A stretch of 63,949 nucleotides of DNA, the filler included, from Candidatus Woesearchaeota archaeon (GTDB taxonomy: Archaea; Nanobdellota; Nanobdellia; Woesearchaeales; WJIZ01): assembly GCA_018221205.1 (NCBI GenBank). It is 8 parts of 8 records of this genome, joined end to end, with 100 filler letters (N's around TTAATTAATTAA, not from the genome) between each part and the next. Parts side by side here need not be neighbours in the genome. Positions count along the whole stretch, not along the records: positions 4,055 to 9,006 come from JAAOYF010000057.1; positions 9,107 to 13,040 come from JAAOYF010000058.1; positions 13,141 to 26,050 come from JAAOYF010000059.1; 5 more parts are not named here. One strand, given 5' to 3'. The position numbers and the translations under genes were made by a program. The notes under the pieces were generated by a model that was not told the DNA's origin, searched no databases, and saw only the letters and a program-made list of their open reading frames with translations. This document shows, in pieces, positions 8,851 through 18,875 of the stretch; within the stretch, counting starts at the first letter, position 1; every line of letters begins with the position of its first letter.

Positions 8851-8926
8851 TTTCAGATTTCTCTACTAGTATACTATTTAGTATATTACAGATATATAAA
8901 TGTATCGGTTTTAGATAAACAAGTTT

Positions 8927-9006
8927 TTAATGCGAGCGTAGCGAGCACAGGGGTTTAATTCCCCGACCTTTAGGTCGACTTCTTAGAAATATTTTTACGC
9001 GGCTAC
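8927..9006 (+). repeat. Hairpin-rich repeat or non-autonomous mobile element, copy 1 (cut by the contig end)
   Basis: Matches the reverse complement of 13143-13222 with a single mismatch; begins at TTAA. Confidence 0.85.
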
Positions 9007-9106
9007 NNNNNNNNNNNNNNNNNNNNNNNNNNNNNNNNNNNNNNNNNNNNTTAATTAATTAANNNNNNNNNNNNNNNNNNNNNNNNNNNNNNNNNNNNNN
9101 NNNNNN

Positions 9107-9718
9107 CCCGTGCTCTAACTTGGCGCTTGTGGGCACTATAGCTACTTGTTTGGTGTAGCTCTCAACTCTATCAAACCGCTCAGATGCGAGTCCAAATCTT
9201 TCATGGAGGACTCCCACTATCTCGTACATTTTGGTCTCAAATGTGGTAATCCAGTTCTTGTCCTGGGATTTTATGTCTTGTAGAATGTGATCATTATTCT
9301 TGTGATATCCAGGTATACGGTCTATCTTGTTTGCAGCTATAACGAAAGGAGTCTTGGAATTCTTGAGAATCTCGAGAGCTTCTAGTGTCTGGGGTTTGAA
9401 TCCATCATTGATGTCTATGGTAAGGACTGCAATATCTGCAAGAGCACCGCCTCTTTTTCTTAGTGATGTGAATGCGGCGTGTCCTGGTGTGTCTATGAAC
9501 AGCAATCCAGGAATTGTTAGTTCTAATTTTAGCGCTTCCAACAGTGGCCCGCACTTCTTCTTGATGATGTGTATTGGGATGATTGATGCGCCTATTGCTT
9601 GGGTTATGGCTCCGGCCTCTGTGGCCAGGATATTCGTGCCTCTGATAGCGTCGAGTATGCTTGATTTCCCGTGGTCGACGTGACCGAGGACACTTACTAT
9701 CGGGGAGCGCGTTGCCAT
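9107..9718 (-). CDS. infB: Translation initiation factor aIF5B/IF-2, N-terminal G domain, truncated by the gap
   Basis: RSPIVSVLGHVDHGKS, EAGAITQ, DTPGH and NKID motifs. Confidence 0.96.
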
Positions 9719-9757
9719 ACTCGGGAGAACCGCTAACCGTTTTTAAAAGTTGAGCTA

Positions 9758-10744
9758 TTACGAGAACATTGCTTTATAGAATTCTTCTCGAGGTATATTT
9801 GAGAAAAGTGGGAGCCGGCGCATCATGGAGGTTAGTCCGTTCTGCAGGCCTGATTTATCAGGTGGAGCGTATGCGAGTGTCCATGTGCTGAAAAGACAAT
9901 ATCGGTACAGGAAGATATCATACAATGATTTTTTCTCGGTTTGGTTCAGTTCGCGAATTTTCTGGTATTCATCAAGAAGAAACCTGGCCCGATTCAAATT
10001 GAAAGATTTCTGTGACCTAAAGCAGTAGTTCTTCAGCAAATCGGCGATGTCGAACAAGAGAGGTTCGTATGAAGAATCGTCGAAGTCTATGATACCGCCA
10101 ATCTTTCCTTTCTTGAAGAGGATATTTGCCATGTCGTAATCGCCATGGATCATCCCGTAAGGTAACGTTTTGGAAACCTGAATGCTGTCGAGCGTGGATG
10201 TTATCAGTTCAATAGATTTCGAGTTGTCATACTTTTCTTTCTTGGCAGCTTTCTTCGCGATTCCCAACTGTGAGTCGATGTAAGGCCTGTCGTGTATCTC
10301 TCTTTGCTCGTAGCCTTTTGGTTTGAAGCTAATAGTTTCATTGTGAATTTTAGCTAAGAGACTCGCTATTTGTTTGAGTTGAGAATTTGTGAGCTTATCG
10401 GGAGGGATATGATCTCCTTCAATGTATTTGAAGACTGCAGCCACATGCTGGGCTATCAGTAAATGGTCTTTCCCGTCTTTTGTAATAAGAGGTTCTTGAC
10501 AAGGTATTCCTTTCTTGCTGAGATGCTCAAGCAATTCTAGCTCTGTTGGCACCACTTTGGGAGGTCTGGCGCGATAGTATCTTAAGACGTATTTTCCTTC
10601 CGATGTTTCGATTAGAATGTTGGTCTGAACAGCTCCCTTTGTGAAGGGGTTGGTTGCAGTGATAGTATTGAGGGGGTATTCAGATAAGATTCCAATAATT
10701 GTACTATTGTCCAGGGTCATAATTTCACCTTCGACATCGCCCAT
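9758..10744 (-). CDS. APH-family phosphotransferase (homoserine kinase type II-like)
   Basis: IHGDYDMANIL, IIDFDD and DIA motifs. Confidence 0.85.
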   Translation of the reverse strand: MGDVEGEIMTLDNSTIIGILSEYPLNTITATNPFTKGAVQTNILIETSEGKYVLRYYRARPPKVVPTELELLEHLSKKGIPCQEPLITKDGKDHLLIAQHVAAVFKYIEGDHIPPDKLTNSQLKQIASLLAKIHNETISFKPKGYEQREIHDRPYIDSQLGIAKKAAKKEKYDNSKSIELITSTLDSIQVSKTLPYGMIHGDYDMANILFKKGKIGGIIDFDDSSYEPLLFDIADLLKNYCFRSQKSFNLNRARFLLDEYQKIRELNQTEKKSLYDIFLYRYCLFSTWTLAYAPPDKSGLQNGLTSMMRRLPLFSNIPREEFYKAMFS

Positions 10745-11211
10745 TCATAAGCTTCATCTGCTGATGAGAATTCCTTCACGTCCATTTGCCTTATCTCGAC
10801 GAGTTTTTCGTGATAATATTTGGTCAGCCATTTCCATAGGCCTATGAAGTTTGCTATACTTTCTTTTTTGGTTTGTTCTAACCCTAGTTTTCCTTTGATG
10901 AATCTTCTTGTTATCCTGTATCTTGCTTTCAACAAAGAAGGCACTATGAGAACTGTGATTTCCGCATCCTTGTCAATTAGTTTGGCCCAGCCTTCATAGT
11001 AAACTCCCTCTATAATCCAGGATCTCTTCCTAAGAATATTCTTAAGGAGCTTTTCTCTCTTATTTTCAGGCATCCTGTGACTGTAAGAGTTTTTTGTGTT
11101 ATCCCAAAAGATGTCGTCGAGATCGTGGTGGGTGGTGCCGAGCTTATCGCTTAACATTTTCCCAAGGTAGGTTTTTCCACTTCCCGGTCCGCCGATGATT
11201 CTGATTCTCAT
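10717..11211 (-). CDS. Adenylate kinase-like P-loop protein (FlaR/topology-modulation family)
   Basis: GGPGSGKT, DLDDIFW and WIIEG motifs. Confidence 0.8.
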   Translation of the reverse strand: MRIRIIGGPGSGKTYLGKMLSDKLGTTHHDLDDIFWDNTKNSYSHRMPENKREKLLKNILRKRSWIIEGVYYEGWAKLIDKDAEITVLIVPSLLKARYRITRRFIKGKLGLEQTKKESIANFIGLWKWLTKYYHEKLVEIRQMDVKEFSSADEAYEWAMSKVKL

Positions 11212-11813
11212 TATTTCTCCAGATTCTTGTGCACTTTGCTAAGTATTAGTTTTGATTTTCCTTCAGTTGCTTCAACTATGCTGTACTCGCATGGTCTGAG
11301 CGAATAGCTTTTTGATTCTGACATATCAAATCCTAGCAAATGCTGGAGCATGTATAGAATTACAGTCCCATGGGATATAATCAGGACTGACTCGTATTCT
11401 TTTTTCAGAAGGTTCTCTATGAATTTCACACATCTTTTCTGAGAATCTTCCATGCTTTCTCCTTCTTCAGGTATGACCTGCCAGAATCCTATATTTTTTT
11501 CGGAGGCTATTCTTTTTCGCTCAGTATCTCTGTAATCGTAACTCTTTCCTATCCACTTGCCATTTTCTTGTTCTCTTATTTTATCTTCGTATTCAACAGG
11601 AGTATCTTTTTGATGAACGATTATCTTTTCAGATGTTTCTATGGCTCTTTGCATTGTGCTGACGAATATTCTGTCATAATGTTCATTTTTTAGGGCTTCA
11701 GCAACCTGCTGTGCGTGTGCATTCCCTTTATTACTTAGAGAATCGTCTGCTGACTGGCAGACTCTTTTCTCGTTCATTAGTGTCTCGCCGTGTCGGACGA
11801 AGGTGATTCTCAT
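11211..11813 (-). CDS. Histidine phosphatase (phosphoglycerate mutase family)
   Basis: VRHGET, RAIET, GES and SHG motifs. Confidence 0.9.
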   Translation of the reverse strand: MRITFVRHGETLMNEKRVCQSADDSLSNKGNAHAQQVAEALKNEHYDRIFVSTMQRAIETSEKIIVHQKDTPVEYEDKIREQENGKWIGKSYDYRDTERKRIASEKNIGFWQVIPEEGESMEDSQKRCVKFIENLLKKEYESVLIISHGTVILYMLQHLLGFDMSESKSYSLRPCEYSIVEATEGKSKLILSKVHKNLEK

Positions 11814-11862
11814 GAACTGATGAGGTGCACAAGAGTATAAGAAATTAATGGAGAGAAAAAAT

Positions 11863-12348
11863 TTACCAATCTCTCTCATATAGAATTACTGCTTCTTCAG
11901 AAGGTGGTAACATATCTTCGACAGATATATTTTCGTATTGCTCTTTAACCAATCTTCTGAGCACTTTTAGTCCTTTCCTGCTGTGCGCAAGTTCTTCGGG
12001 AGATAGGTGCACTTTTCCACTGTTTCCGTGTGCCACTGCGTAAACGAAATCATCATCTACGGTGATGAGTGTGCCTGATCTGATTTTTTTGTTGTTCCTT
12101 CTGACTCTAACATGAGAATGGAACCCAAACCCGTGATTTTCTTTGTTCTCGAGTAGGGGGGTTTTAGATCTACTTTCGTCGATATGTTCGGATGAACCGC
12201 AGTGCCCGTAGTCAGTAGACACGAACATATTGTAACCAAATATGTCGCTCTCTAGATATGGTCCGAGCAAGGGGTCATTTCCTATCTCGTATCCTTTTTC
12301 TATTCCGAGCTTTTCGCATATTTTGTCGACTGTATTATTGAGTCCCAT
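11863..12348 (-). CDS. Hypothetical protein
   Basis: Long ORF with a TATA box upstream; no motif recognised. Confidence 0.55.
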   Translation of the reverse strand: MGLNNTVDKICEKLGIEKGYEIGNDPLLGPYLESDIFGYNMFVSTDYGHCGSSEHIDESRSKTPLLENKENHGFGFHSHVRVRRNNKKIRSGTLITVDDDFVYAVAHGNSGKVHLSPEELAHSRKGLKVLRRLVKEQYENISVEDMLPPSEEAVILYERDW

Positions 12349-12484
12349 GATGTGTTTATTAATTAACAATTTATAAACCTTTCTATTTGTCACCACCATT
12401 TAGTGACTAATAATAGTTTAGAACTAATATTCTGGACATAGTTTCTGCGGCAAAGAATATATACCTCGCGATGTTTGCAGGAAT

Positions 12485-12748
12485 ATGAAAGCCAGAGTCG
12501 GATATAATAAGATAGCATCACAGTATCTGGATATTTCTGATAATTTCTATAACAAATATATTGAAATCCCTGCAGTGAAAAGTATGTGGGGGAAAGTAGC
12601 TAATAAGAGGGTTCTAGACGTAGGATGTGCTTCAGGGACGCATTCAAAGATTCTGATTGAGAAAAGAGCAAGGGTATCAGGTATTGACATCACGTTTTTT
12701 ATTGATTTTATTTTTTTCTTTTGCTTTCTCAAGCATTTTAGGGCTTAA
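12485..12748 (+). pseudogene. Truncated class I methyltransferase
   Basis: VLDVGCASG and VSGIDI, after which it reads into the antisense of the neighbouring gene. Confidence 0.7.
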
Positions 12749-12967
12749 ATCAATCCCAGTTACGTTTGCTTTGGAGTTATAATAAGGCAAGTTTTTCCCA
12801 GTTCCCACTCCGATCTCTAAGATGTTTCCAGTTAGTTTGCTTAATGTATGTTTTCTTAATTTCTTGAATAATCTTTTCTCTACTAAAGTTTCCATGCCAT
12901 CATAAAATCTGGCAAATCTATTATATCTTTTCTGAGTTTTTATTGTTGCCTCATCATACATTATCAA
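12677..12967 (-). pseudogene. Truncated class I methyltransferase (PmtA/UbiE-like)
   Basis: ILEIGVGTGKNL and GIDLSPKMLEKA; ends after motif II. Confidence 0.75.
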
Positions 12968-13040
12968 TTACCTTTTTTAGCTTGGCTTCAATATCTACTG
13001 CAATGTTTTTTAGATCATCATTGTTTACCATCTGCATTGC
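12957..13040 (-). CDS. C-terminal fragment, possibly DUF302 family
   Basis: Manual translation AMQMVNNDDLKNIAVDIEAKLKKVIDNV-stop; short match only. Confidence 0.35.
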
Positions 13041-13140
13041 NNNNNNNNNNNNNNNNNNNNNNNNNNNNNNNNNNNNNNNNNNNNTTAATTAATTAANNNN
13101 NNNNNNNNNNNNNNNNNNNNNNNNNNNNNNNNNNNNNNNN

Positions 13141-13222
13141 GCGTAGCCGCGTAAAAGTATTTCTAAGAAGTCGACCTAAAGGTCGGGGAATTAAACCCCT
13201 GTGCTCGCTACGCTCGCATTAA
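13141..13222 (-). repeat. Hairpin-rich repeat or non-autonomous mobile element, copy 2 (cut by the contig end)
   Basis: Reverse complement of 8927-9006; ends at TTAA inside the aldolase reading frame. Confidence 0.85.
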
Positions 13223-14108
13223 CATTTATGATTTACTTCAAGCTCCTGCCCTTGTAGCTTTGTCTGCAGAAACAGAAGTTCCCATCATCATCCAGGGTAC
13301 ACCCAAATCTTTGCATAATCTTAGTTTAAGTAGTGTTGCTGACGGTCTCGATCTTATTTCTTTTCACCTTGATCAAATAAGCACTAATGAAATGGTTTCT
13401 TTGGTACGGCCATCTGGGACTTATGAGCAACCAATTGAAGGTGCACGGATAGTTTTGGCACTTGACCATTATGAAATCACAACTGATGTTGATCATCGTG
13501 TCAAAGAACTTGAGCATATTATATCTCATACAGATGTCGGTTTGGTAAGGGTAGATGCATCGGCACTTGGTTTTGGAGGAAGCAAAGATGTCATGAGTCA
13601 TGTTGTTGATTATGCACGTGGAAAGAGAGTTGCTGTCGAAGGAATTTATGAGAGCGATAAACACGCTGAACTAACTGTTGATAGAATCGGTGAGTGGGTG
13701 ATGGATAGCGGACTTTCGATTGTTTATTTTCCTATAGGAACACATCATGGTGGAAAAACCAATGTGCCAATAGAGCCAAATACCATATTATTGCAGTGTA
13801 CAATAGAGAATCTTAATGCTATCAAGCCAGTTTATTTTATGCTTCATGGTGGCAGCAGTGTACCAATGCCTTGGGAATCTGATGATCCAGGAGTTTTGGA
13901 AGAACTTCTTGGATATGCTTCAGTGATAAATATAGCTACGAATACAAGTGAAGCATATTGGCGGGATCTTAAAAAATTAACTCTAGGGGCAGATGCAGCA
14001 GCTATCAGCGCAAGAAAAGGAGGCATTCCTATTGCTATTTTTGATGAATTCTATACATTAGCTAAGAAATATACTGAAGCGTTTGGTTATCGTGCTTCTG
14101 GAGGTTGA
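13221..14108 (+). pseudogene. Divergent class II fructose-bisphosphate aldolase-like gene, 5' end interrupted by the repeat
   Basis: NIYDLLQ...PIIIQ, LALDH, RVDAS, AVEG, IGTHHG, LHGGSS and INIAT motifs; in-frame TAA at 13164 inside the repeat. Confidence 0.7.
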
Positions 14109-14671
14109 GAACTTCCGTTATTCTGATAGATATACTGCAACACCCTTCTGACAACATCTACTGCAACATCGCCTTGTGTGATTGAAGCGCCTTCTACAAA
14201 CTCAAATGTTCCAGGTACGCCATGGAAATTAGTCACTCTTTTTTCTTTGAATTCTATCCAAGATTGATCAGGACCTTGTACATAGGGTTCAATTTCTTCC
14301 CACGTTCTTGGTGGCTGTTGGTCAATAGAATTGGAGAGGTAGATTGATATACGCTCTGTACCTGTTCCGTTTGTCCCAATACCAGATAGAACTCTATCGA
14401 TGGAAGATGATCTCAAGGTCGTCTCATCGATCCTATATTTGCCCTTTATCTCCGCGATTTCGTCAACCGTTAAGGATTTGGAATAAATAACTACTTTATC
14501 CCTCTCTTGGAGGATAGCTCGAGCCAAAAACATCGCATCATCTTCTTCCCAAGCAACAAAAGCGCCGCTGACATCACCTACTGTTTTTGCTATCTCTCTC
14601 TCAATGGGTGAAGGGTCATACTGACCACCTGCTCTTCCTTCAGTGTATCTCCAATTGACTTTTGCCATCAT
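14087..14671 (-). CDS. Hypothetical protein
   Basis: 194-aa ORF with a TATA box upstream; no motif recognised. Confidence 0.6.
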   Translation of the reverse strand: MMAKVNWRYTEGRAGGQYDPSPIEREIAKTVGDVSGAFVAWEEDDAMFLARAILQERDKVVIYSKSLTVDEIAEIKGKYRIDETTLRSSSIDRVLSGIGTNGTGTERISIYLSNSIDQQPPRTWEEIEPYVQGPDQSWIEFKEKRVTNFHGVPGTFEFVEGASITQGDVAVDVVRRVLQYIYQNNGSSQPPEAR

Positions 14672-14733
14672 CGTCTGGAATCAAAGATTGGTTTATAAAG
14701 CTTTTCTCTCTAACAAAACATATATTTACCATG

Positions 14734-15639
14734 CTAGCCGAGAATTTCTCGGATGTTTGATATGACTTTTTTTGGCCGATATTTTGCCATCTCAGCGACT
14801 CGATTCTCGGCGAATTCAGATGGTTTTCCCAAAAACTTTGCCCTATCTTGAGCTCTTACAATATATCTCCCTATATCATCTGCATGATCTACTCCGCATC
14901 TTGAGTCGAGGAGGACTGATTGAATGCCCACATTATTCGCCCCATATATATCAGTTTCAATACGATCCCCTACACCAAGCACACCATCATCAGGAGTAAT
15001 ATTAAATCGATCAAATACTACTTGATAAATCCCTTTTGCTTCTTTTCCCAGCCAAAACATCGGAGGATTGGCCTTTCCCATACGCAACCAACCGACATAG
15101 GACCCTGTCACAGCTTTGTAGCGTTTCCCTTCTTCATCTGTATGCATATCATATATATCACTATTCGTACCGACAATCGCTGCTCTGTACATCTGGACTG
15201 CATTGAATGCTGCATCCCTTTTCTTTTCAGTTCTGTCTTTGTCCAGTACCAATTCACTGACCACTACCCACCCTACTTCTTTTGGATCGTCCGAAATACT
15301 GAAACCTGCTTGTTCAATACGTTCTTCAAGCTCTCCTGTGCCCCCCCAGACCATCACTTTTTTCGGGCGATCATCATCTGCATGCTGCGTAAAGAACGGT
15401 ACAACTACATCAAGAGGAGTGACTACATGATCAGCTTGAAATACGTCTTGTTTATCAAAATAGAGGTTGTTAAGCCATGTTGCATAGTGTTGCGGAATTT
15501 TTACTGCATTATTAGTGAGCAAAACTGTTGTGATTCCCCTTTGCATAAGAGTTTGCAACGTTTCTTTGACTCCATCAATACGTTCAGTTCCACAATACAA
15601 GACGCCGTCTCCATCCAATAATACGGTGTGGAAGTTCAT
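14734..15639 (-). CDS. HAD subfamily IIA phosphatase (NagD-like)
   Basis: LLDGDGVL, LTNN, TNSD, GK and GDRIETDIYGA motifs. Confidence 0.9.
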   Translation of the reverse strand: MNFHTVLLDGDGVLYCGTERIDGVKETLQTLMQRGITTVLLTNNAVKIPQHYATWLNNLYFDKQDVFQADHVVTPLDVVVPFFTQHADDDRPKKVMVWGGTGELEERIEQAGFSISDDPKEVGWVVVSELVLDKDRTEKKRDAAFNAVQMYRAAIVGTNSDIYDMHTDEEGKRYKAVTGSYVGWLRMGKANPPMFWLGKEAKGIYQVVFDRFNITPDDGVLGVGDRIETDIYGANNVGIQSVLLDSRCGVDHADDIGRYIVRAQDRAKFLGKPSEFAENRVAEMAKYRPKKVISNIREILG

Positions 15640-18600
15640 GATGGAAATTCCCTCTGGTGTCTCGCTTGCATTTCTGTTATGCCGGCATGCATCTGCATAA
15701 GTGCATCATATATTGAAAGACTATAGGGTATTTCTCCACCTGGACCACTCTCTGCCGCATAGGATAATTCAGCATCGGTCAAATATTCACCTTTAACCTT
15801 TGTTTTACCATTCACTCCTAATGCCTCAATAAATTTATCTAGCCCATTCAGTGCTGAATGAAAGATATCCCTTTGTTCTTCCCTATAGTTCCTGATTTTT
15901 TCTTCATCTTTTTCAGGCCCTTTTTCTTCTTCTCCCCTAATATTACGCTCCCGTAATTCATAGTGACAAAGGGCTCGATGCACATCTGTCGCATAGCTTA
16001 GGTCTATAAAGGATGAAAAGTCATCTAGCTGTTCTATTCTTTGGTTATATAGTGAGTCTACAAATCGCTTCAATTCACCAAGGGCATAGTGTTCTTCTGA
16101 ATCTTCTTCACTCAGATGTTGACTTTCGTATTCTTTCAATATGCGACCGAAATGCTCATAACTAGTAAATGCCGGACGGTCCTCTTCTCTTTTCTCGATC
16201 AGATCTCCTGATCCGAAGAACCTATTTAGATTTGTCCACCAGCGTTTTAAATACAAACCCTCATTCATTACGATAGTTAGCAATCGTCTGTCTAGCACTT
16301 CTTTTCTTTCTCCAGGAGAGAGATAAGCGACACTTAAGAAAGTTAATTCCCGCTGTATTTCCCTTGCTTCACGTATAGCGACCTGATCCTTTGTCTTGAA
16401 TACTATGTGTGCCATACTATTCATTGTTTTCTCCAAATTTTCAGTATAAGCAAATTTTTTATTTGGGAAAACACTTTCTCCAGTATCAGTCTTTATCTCT
16501 TTAAGATACTCTATGATCTTTTTTCGTCTTATTGAAGTATTCTCTGAGAAATCTCTAGATTTAGTCTGAAGCCATAGAATGGCCTTGTTGTATTCTCGGA
16601 AATATCGGCGATAGAAAAGTTCTCTTTCAGATACTTTTGCGTCTGGTTCAAGTGCCGTAGGCATTTCGTATCCTAATTCTTCAAGAGATTTCCTACCTGT
16701 GCTTGATTGCACATATAAGTGAAAGTTATCAATACGTAGAGAGCATAATCCTTCAAGTCCTTGTTTCAGCTGAATGGTGGGTTCATCAGAGACATATCTT
16801 CCTAATGTCAACAACGTTGCTAGATCAGATTGGGGCGGCCCTTCATTAATACGGCCTTCATCTATCTTATTAATCTGTAATCCCCCAGGATAGATTATCC
16901 GTTCTCGTACAAAATTTGCTAAATAGGCGTCATTGAGTACAGTAGTCGGAGAACTCTCAAACGCTTTTGCTACAATAAGGTGTCCGAGCCTAATCGCATG
17001 ACGATATGAAGGTTCATCTTCCCCTAGAATCTTCTCTCGAACAAGACTTGTAGTAAATCTATCTTCATCAACCTTACGTGTGAGTTCAATCGATGAACGA
17101 ACAGGGGTTGCAAAATATGATGGTGAGGATGCATGTGTCCATACCAGCCGATCAATGGTCATTTTTAAATCATCTTGTATGCGTCTCGTCTTCTCTGGTC
17201 CATCAAGGTCACTTGCACGGGTCTCCCTAAACTGGTCCAAGAGATTTTTTTTACCTGTTGCACTGATGAGGCGAGTAAGAATATATTTTTTTGATGCCCC
17301 ATTTCCATTCGAAGGTGATTCAACCTCGGTTGCGATGACATTGTAATCTGATTCGGGAAATTGCCTCCGATAGAAACTCAACCTTCCTAATTCCAGCAGA
17401 AAGTCTGCTTGATGCTCAAAGATTTTATCGACAGTATACAGTTCCAATTCTGGGCTGATAGTTATATCTGAGAAAAATACGTCTTGACCAAATCTTGCTC
17501 TTGCTTCTTTTCTTTGAGGAAGAATCTGCTCTTCATCAACTCTCTTCTTGAGTTCATTAGCGATGTATTCTCCAACTCTTTCTCGTGCAACTTGGGTCGG
17601 TATGGCTAACCGGGGATCGTTTGGATTACCACGTCTTAGCGAGTCCAATGCTTCTGATTCCATTCCAACAGGCGGACGGTCCACGAATTTTTGGATTAGT
17701 TCATCTGAGATACCAGAGCCTTGCTCGAGCCATTTACAAAGGCCTCGATAAATGTTACGGAGATAGTCCTTGTCTGAAGCGCCTATTTTCGCGACCATCG
17801 GATATCGGCGTTTCAGAACTTCTACCCTTCCCTCTACCCTTTCTGCGTTTCCATAATGATTTCGCTGATGTTGTTCAGCTAAATATCCTATCACTCCATG
17901 TTTATTGTATGTTACCAGTACTGCTAAGTCATCATGGAATCGACGGTCTCTTTGTTCAAATGCATTTTTTACTGTCGTCCTTATTGTTGCTGCGAGCCAC
18001 GAAACAGATGGCCGTAAGAGGTAGGCTTTTGCACCCACTCTCGTTAATATCTGAGCATCCGTTTCTCTGCCTTGTTTTGTAGATGATTCATATTCTGCCG
18101 CGATAACTACAGGATGTTCTAAATGAAGGTCCCTAACAAAATCGATCTCTTTGGGATCAGCAGAATGGCTTAATCCTAGTATAACTACCTCTCCAGGCCG
18201 ATGATCAAGTTGCGTCCTATTTACATCACCTATATTGAATAGTTTTCGCAATAGGCTATTTGGAGGTATATGGTAGTTCAATACATTTATTCGATCTCGG
18301 CCTATATCGTCTCGTAATAATTGGTAGTAGTCTGAGAACAATGAGCTGATTTCTTCAAGCACCAGTCGAAATCTTCTAATTTCTGTTTCTGATGCGAATC
18401 TTTCCTCTTTAGTTACATTAGGTACTTGATCGAAAAAACTAAGCATGGTATTCCTTTCTCTTAGTGCGAGTGATATTTCGCCTTCAAGTTGGTCTGCATG
18501 TTGATAATGAGAAAGTTCTCTCTGTACTGCCTTCCGTTCATCATCAAAAAGCTCTTTTTGAATGGGCTCTGCTAGCTTTTCAGCATAGAGGTCAATATGA

Positions 18601-18821
18601 TCTGTTTCAATCTTTGCAATAAGCCCTTCTTCTTGGACAAAAAAACCTGCCCTTTGGTATCCTGTGAGCGAAGCCATCTCCTGTAGAAGTTTTCGAAATT
18701 CGTTTTCTTTTCTCACTACATATGCAGTATTTGTGATAACTCTCTCTAGTCCAGACTTCAGATTCTCCAGTCCACCTTCTAAGGCAAGCCACCTTTCAGG
18801 TGTGGATGCTTCAGTACTCAT
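15636..18821 (-). CDS. 1061-aa protein with a degenerate receiver-like domain and an APH/protein-kinase-like domain
   Basis: EVVILGL...PVVIA...VGAKAYLLRP (receiver-like); LNDAYLANFV, KIDEG and SDLATLL (kinase-like). Confidence 0.6.
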   Translation of the reverse strand: MSTEASTPERWLALEGGLENLKSGLERVITNTAYVVRKENEFRKLLQEMASLTGYQRAGFFVQEEGLIAKIETDHIDLYAEKLAEPIQKELFDDERKAVQRELSHYQHADQLEGEISLALRERNTMLSFFDQVPNVTKEERFASETEIRRFRLVLEEISSLFSDYYQLLRDDIGRDRINVLNYHIPPNSLLRKLFNIGDVNRTQLDHRPGEVVILGLSHSADPKEIDFVRDLHLEHPVVIAAEYESSTKQGRETDAQILTRVGAKAYLLRPSVSWLAATIRTTVKNAFEQRDRRFHDDLAVLVTYNKHGVIGYLAEQHQRNHYGNAERVEGRVEVLKRRYPMVAKIGASDKDYLRNIYRGLCKWLEQGSGISDELIQKFVDRPPVGMESEALDSLRRGNPNDPRLAIPTQVARERVGEYIANELKKRVDEEQILPQRKEARARFGQDVFFSDITISPELELYTVDKIFEHQADFLLELGRLSFYRRQFPESDYNVIATEVESPSNGNGASKKYILTRLISATGKKNLLDQFRETRASDLDGPEKTRRIQDDLKMTIDRLVWTHASSPSYFATPVRSSIELTRKVDEDRFTTSLVREKILGEDEPSYRHAIRLGHLIVAKAFESSPTTVLNDAYLANFVRERIIYPGGLQINKIDEGRINEGPPQSDLATLLTLGRYVSDEPTIQLKQGLEGLCSLRIDNFHLYVQSSTGRKSLEELGYEMPTALEPDAKVSERELFYRRYFREYNKAILWLQTKSRDFSENTSIRRKKIIEYLKEIKTDTGESVFPNKKFAYTENLEKTMNSMAHIVFKTKDQVAIREAREIQRELTFLSVAYLSPGERKEVLDRRLLTIVMNEGLYLKRWWTNLNRFFGSGDLIEKREEDRPAFTSYEHFGRILKEYESQHLSEEDSEEHYALGELKRFVDSLYNQRIEQLDDFSSFIDLSYATDVHRALCHYELRERNIRGEEEKGPEKDEEKIRNYREEQRDIFHSALNGLDKFIEALGVNGKTKVKGEYLTDAELSYAAESGPGGEIPYSLSIYDALMQMHAGITEMQARHQREFPS

Positions 18822-18875
18822 TCTTCATGAATTTTCATCACTCAGGAGGCGCAAATCGTTTATAAAGATATGCAC

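Noticed and set aside
14920..15621. Long plus-strand ORF and many similar overlapping ORFs in the track
   Set aside because: Antisense or off-frame shadows of well-supported genes, with no motifs.
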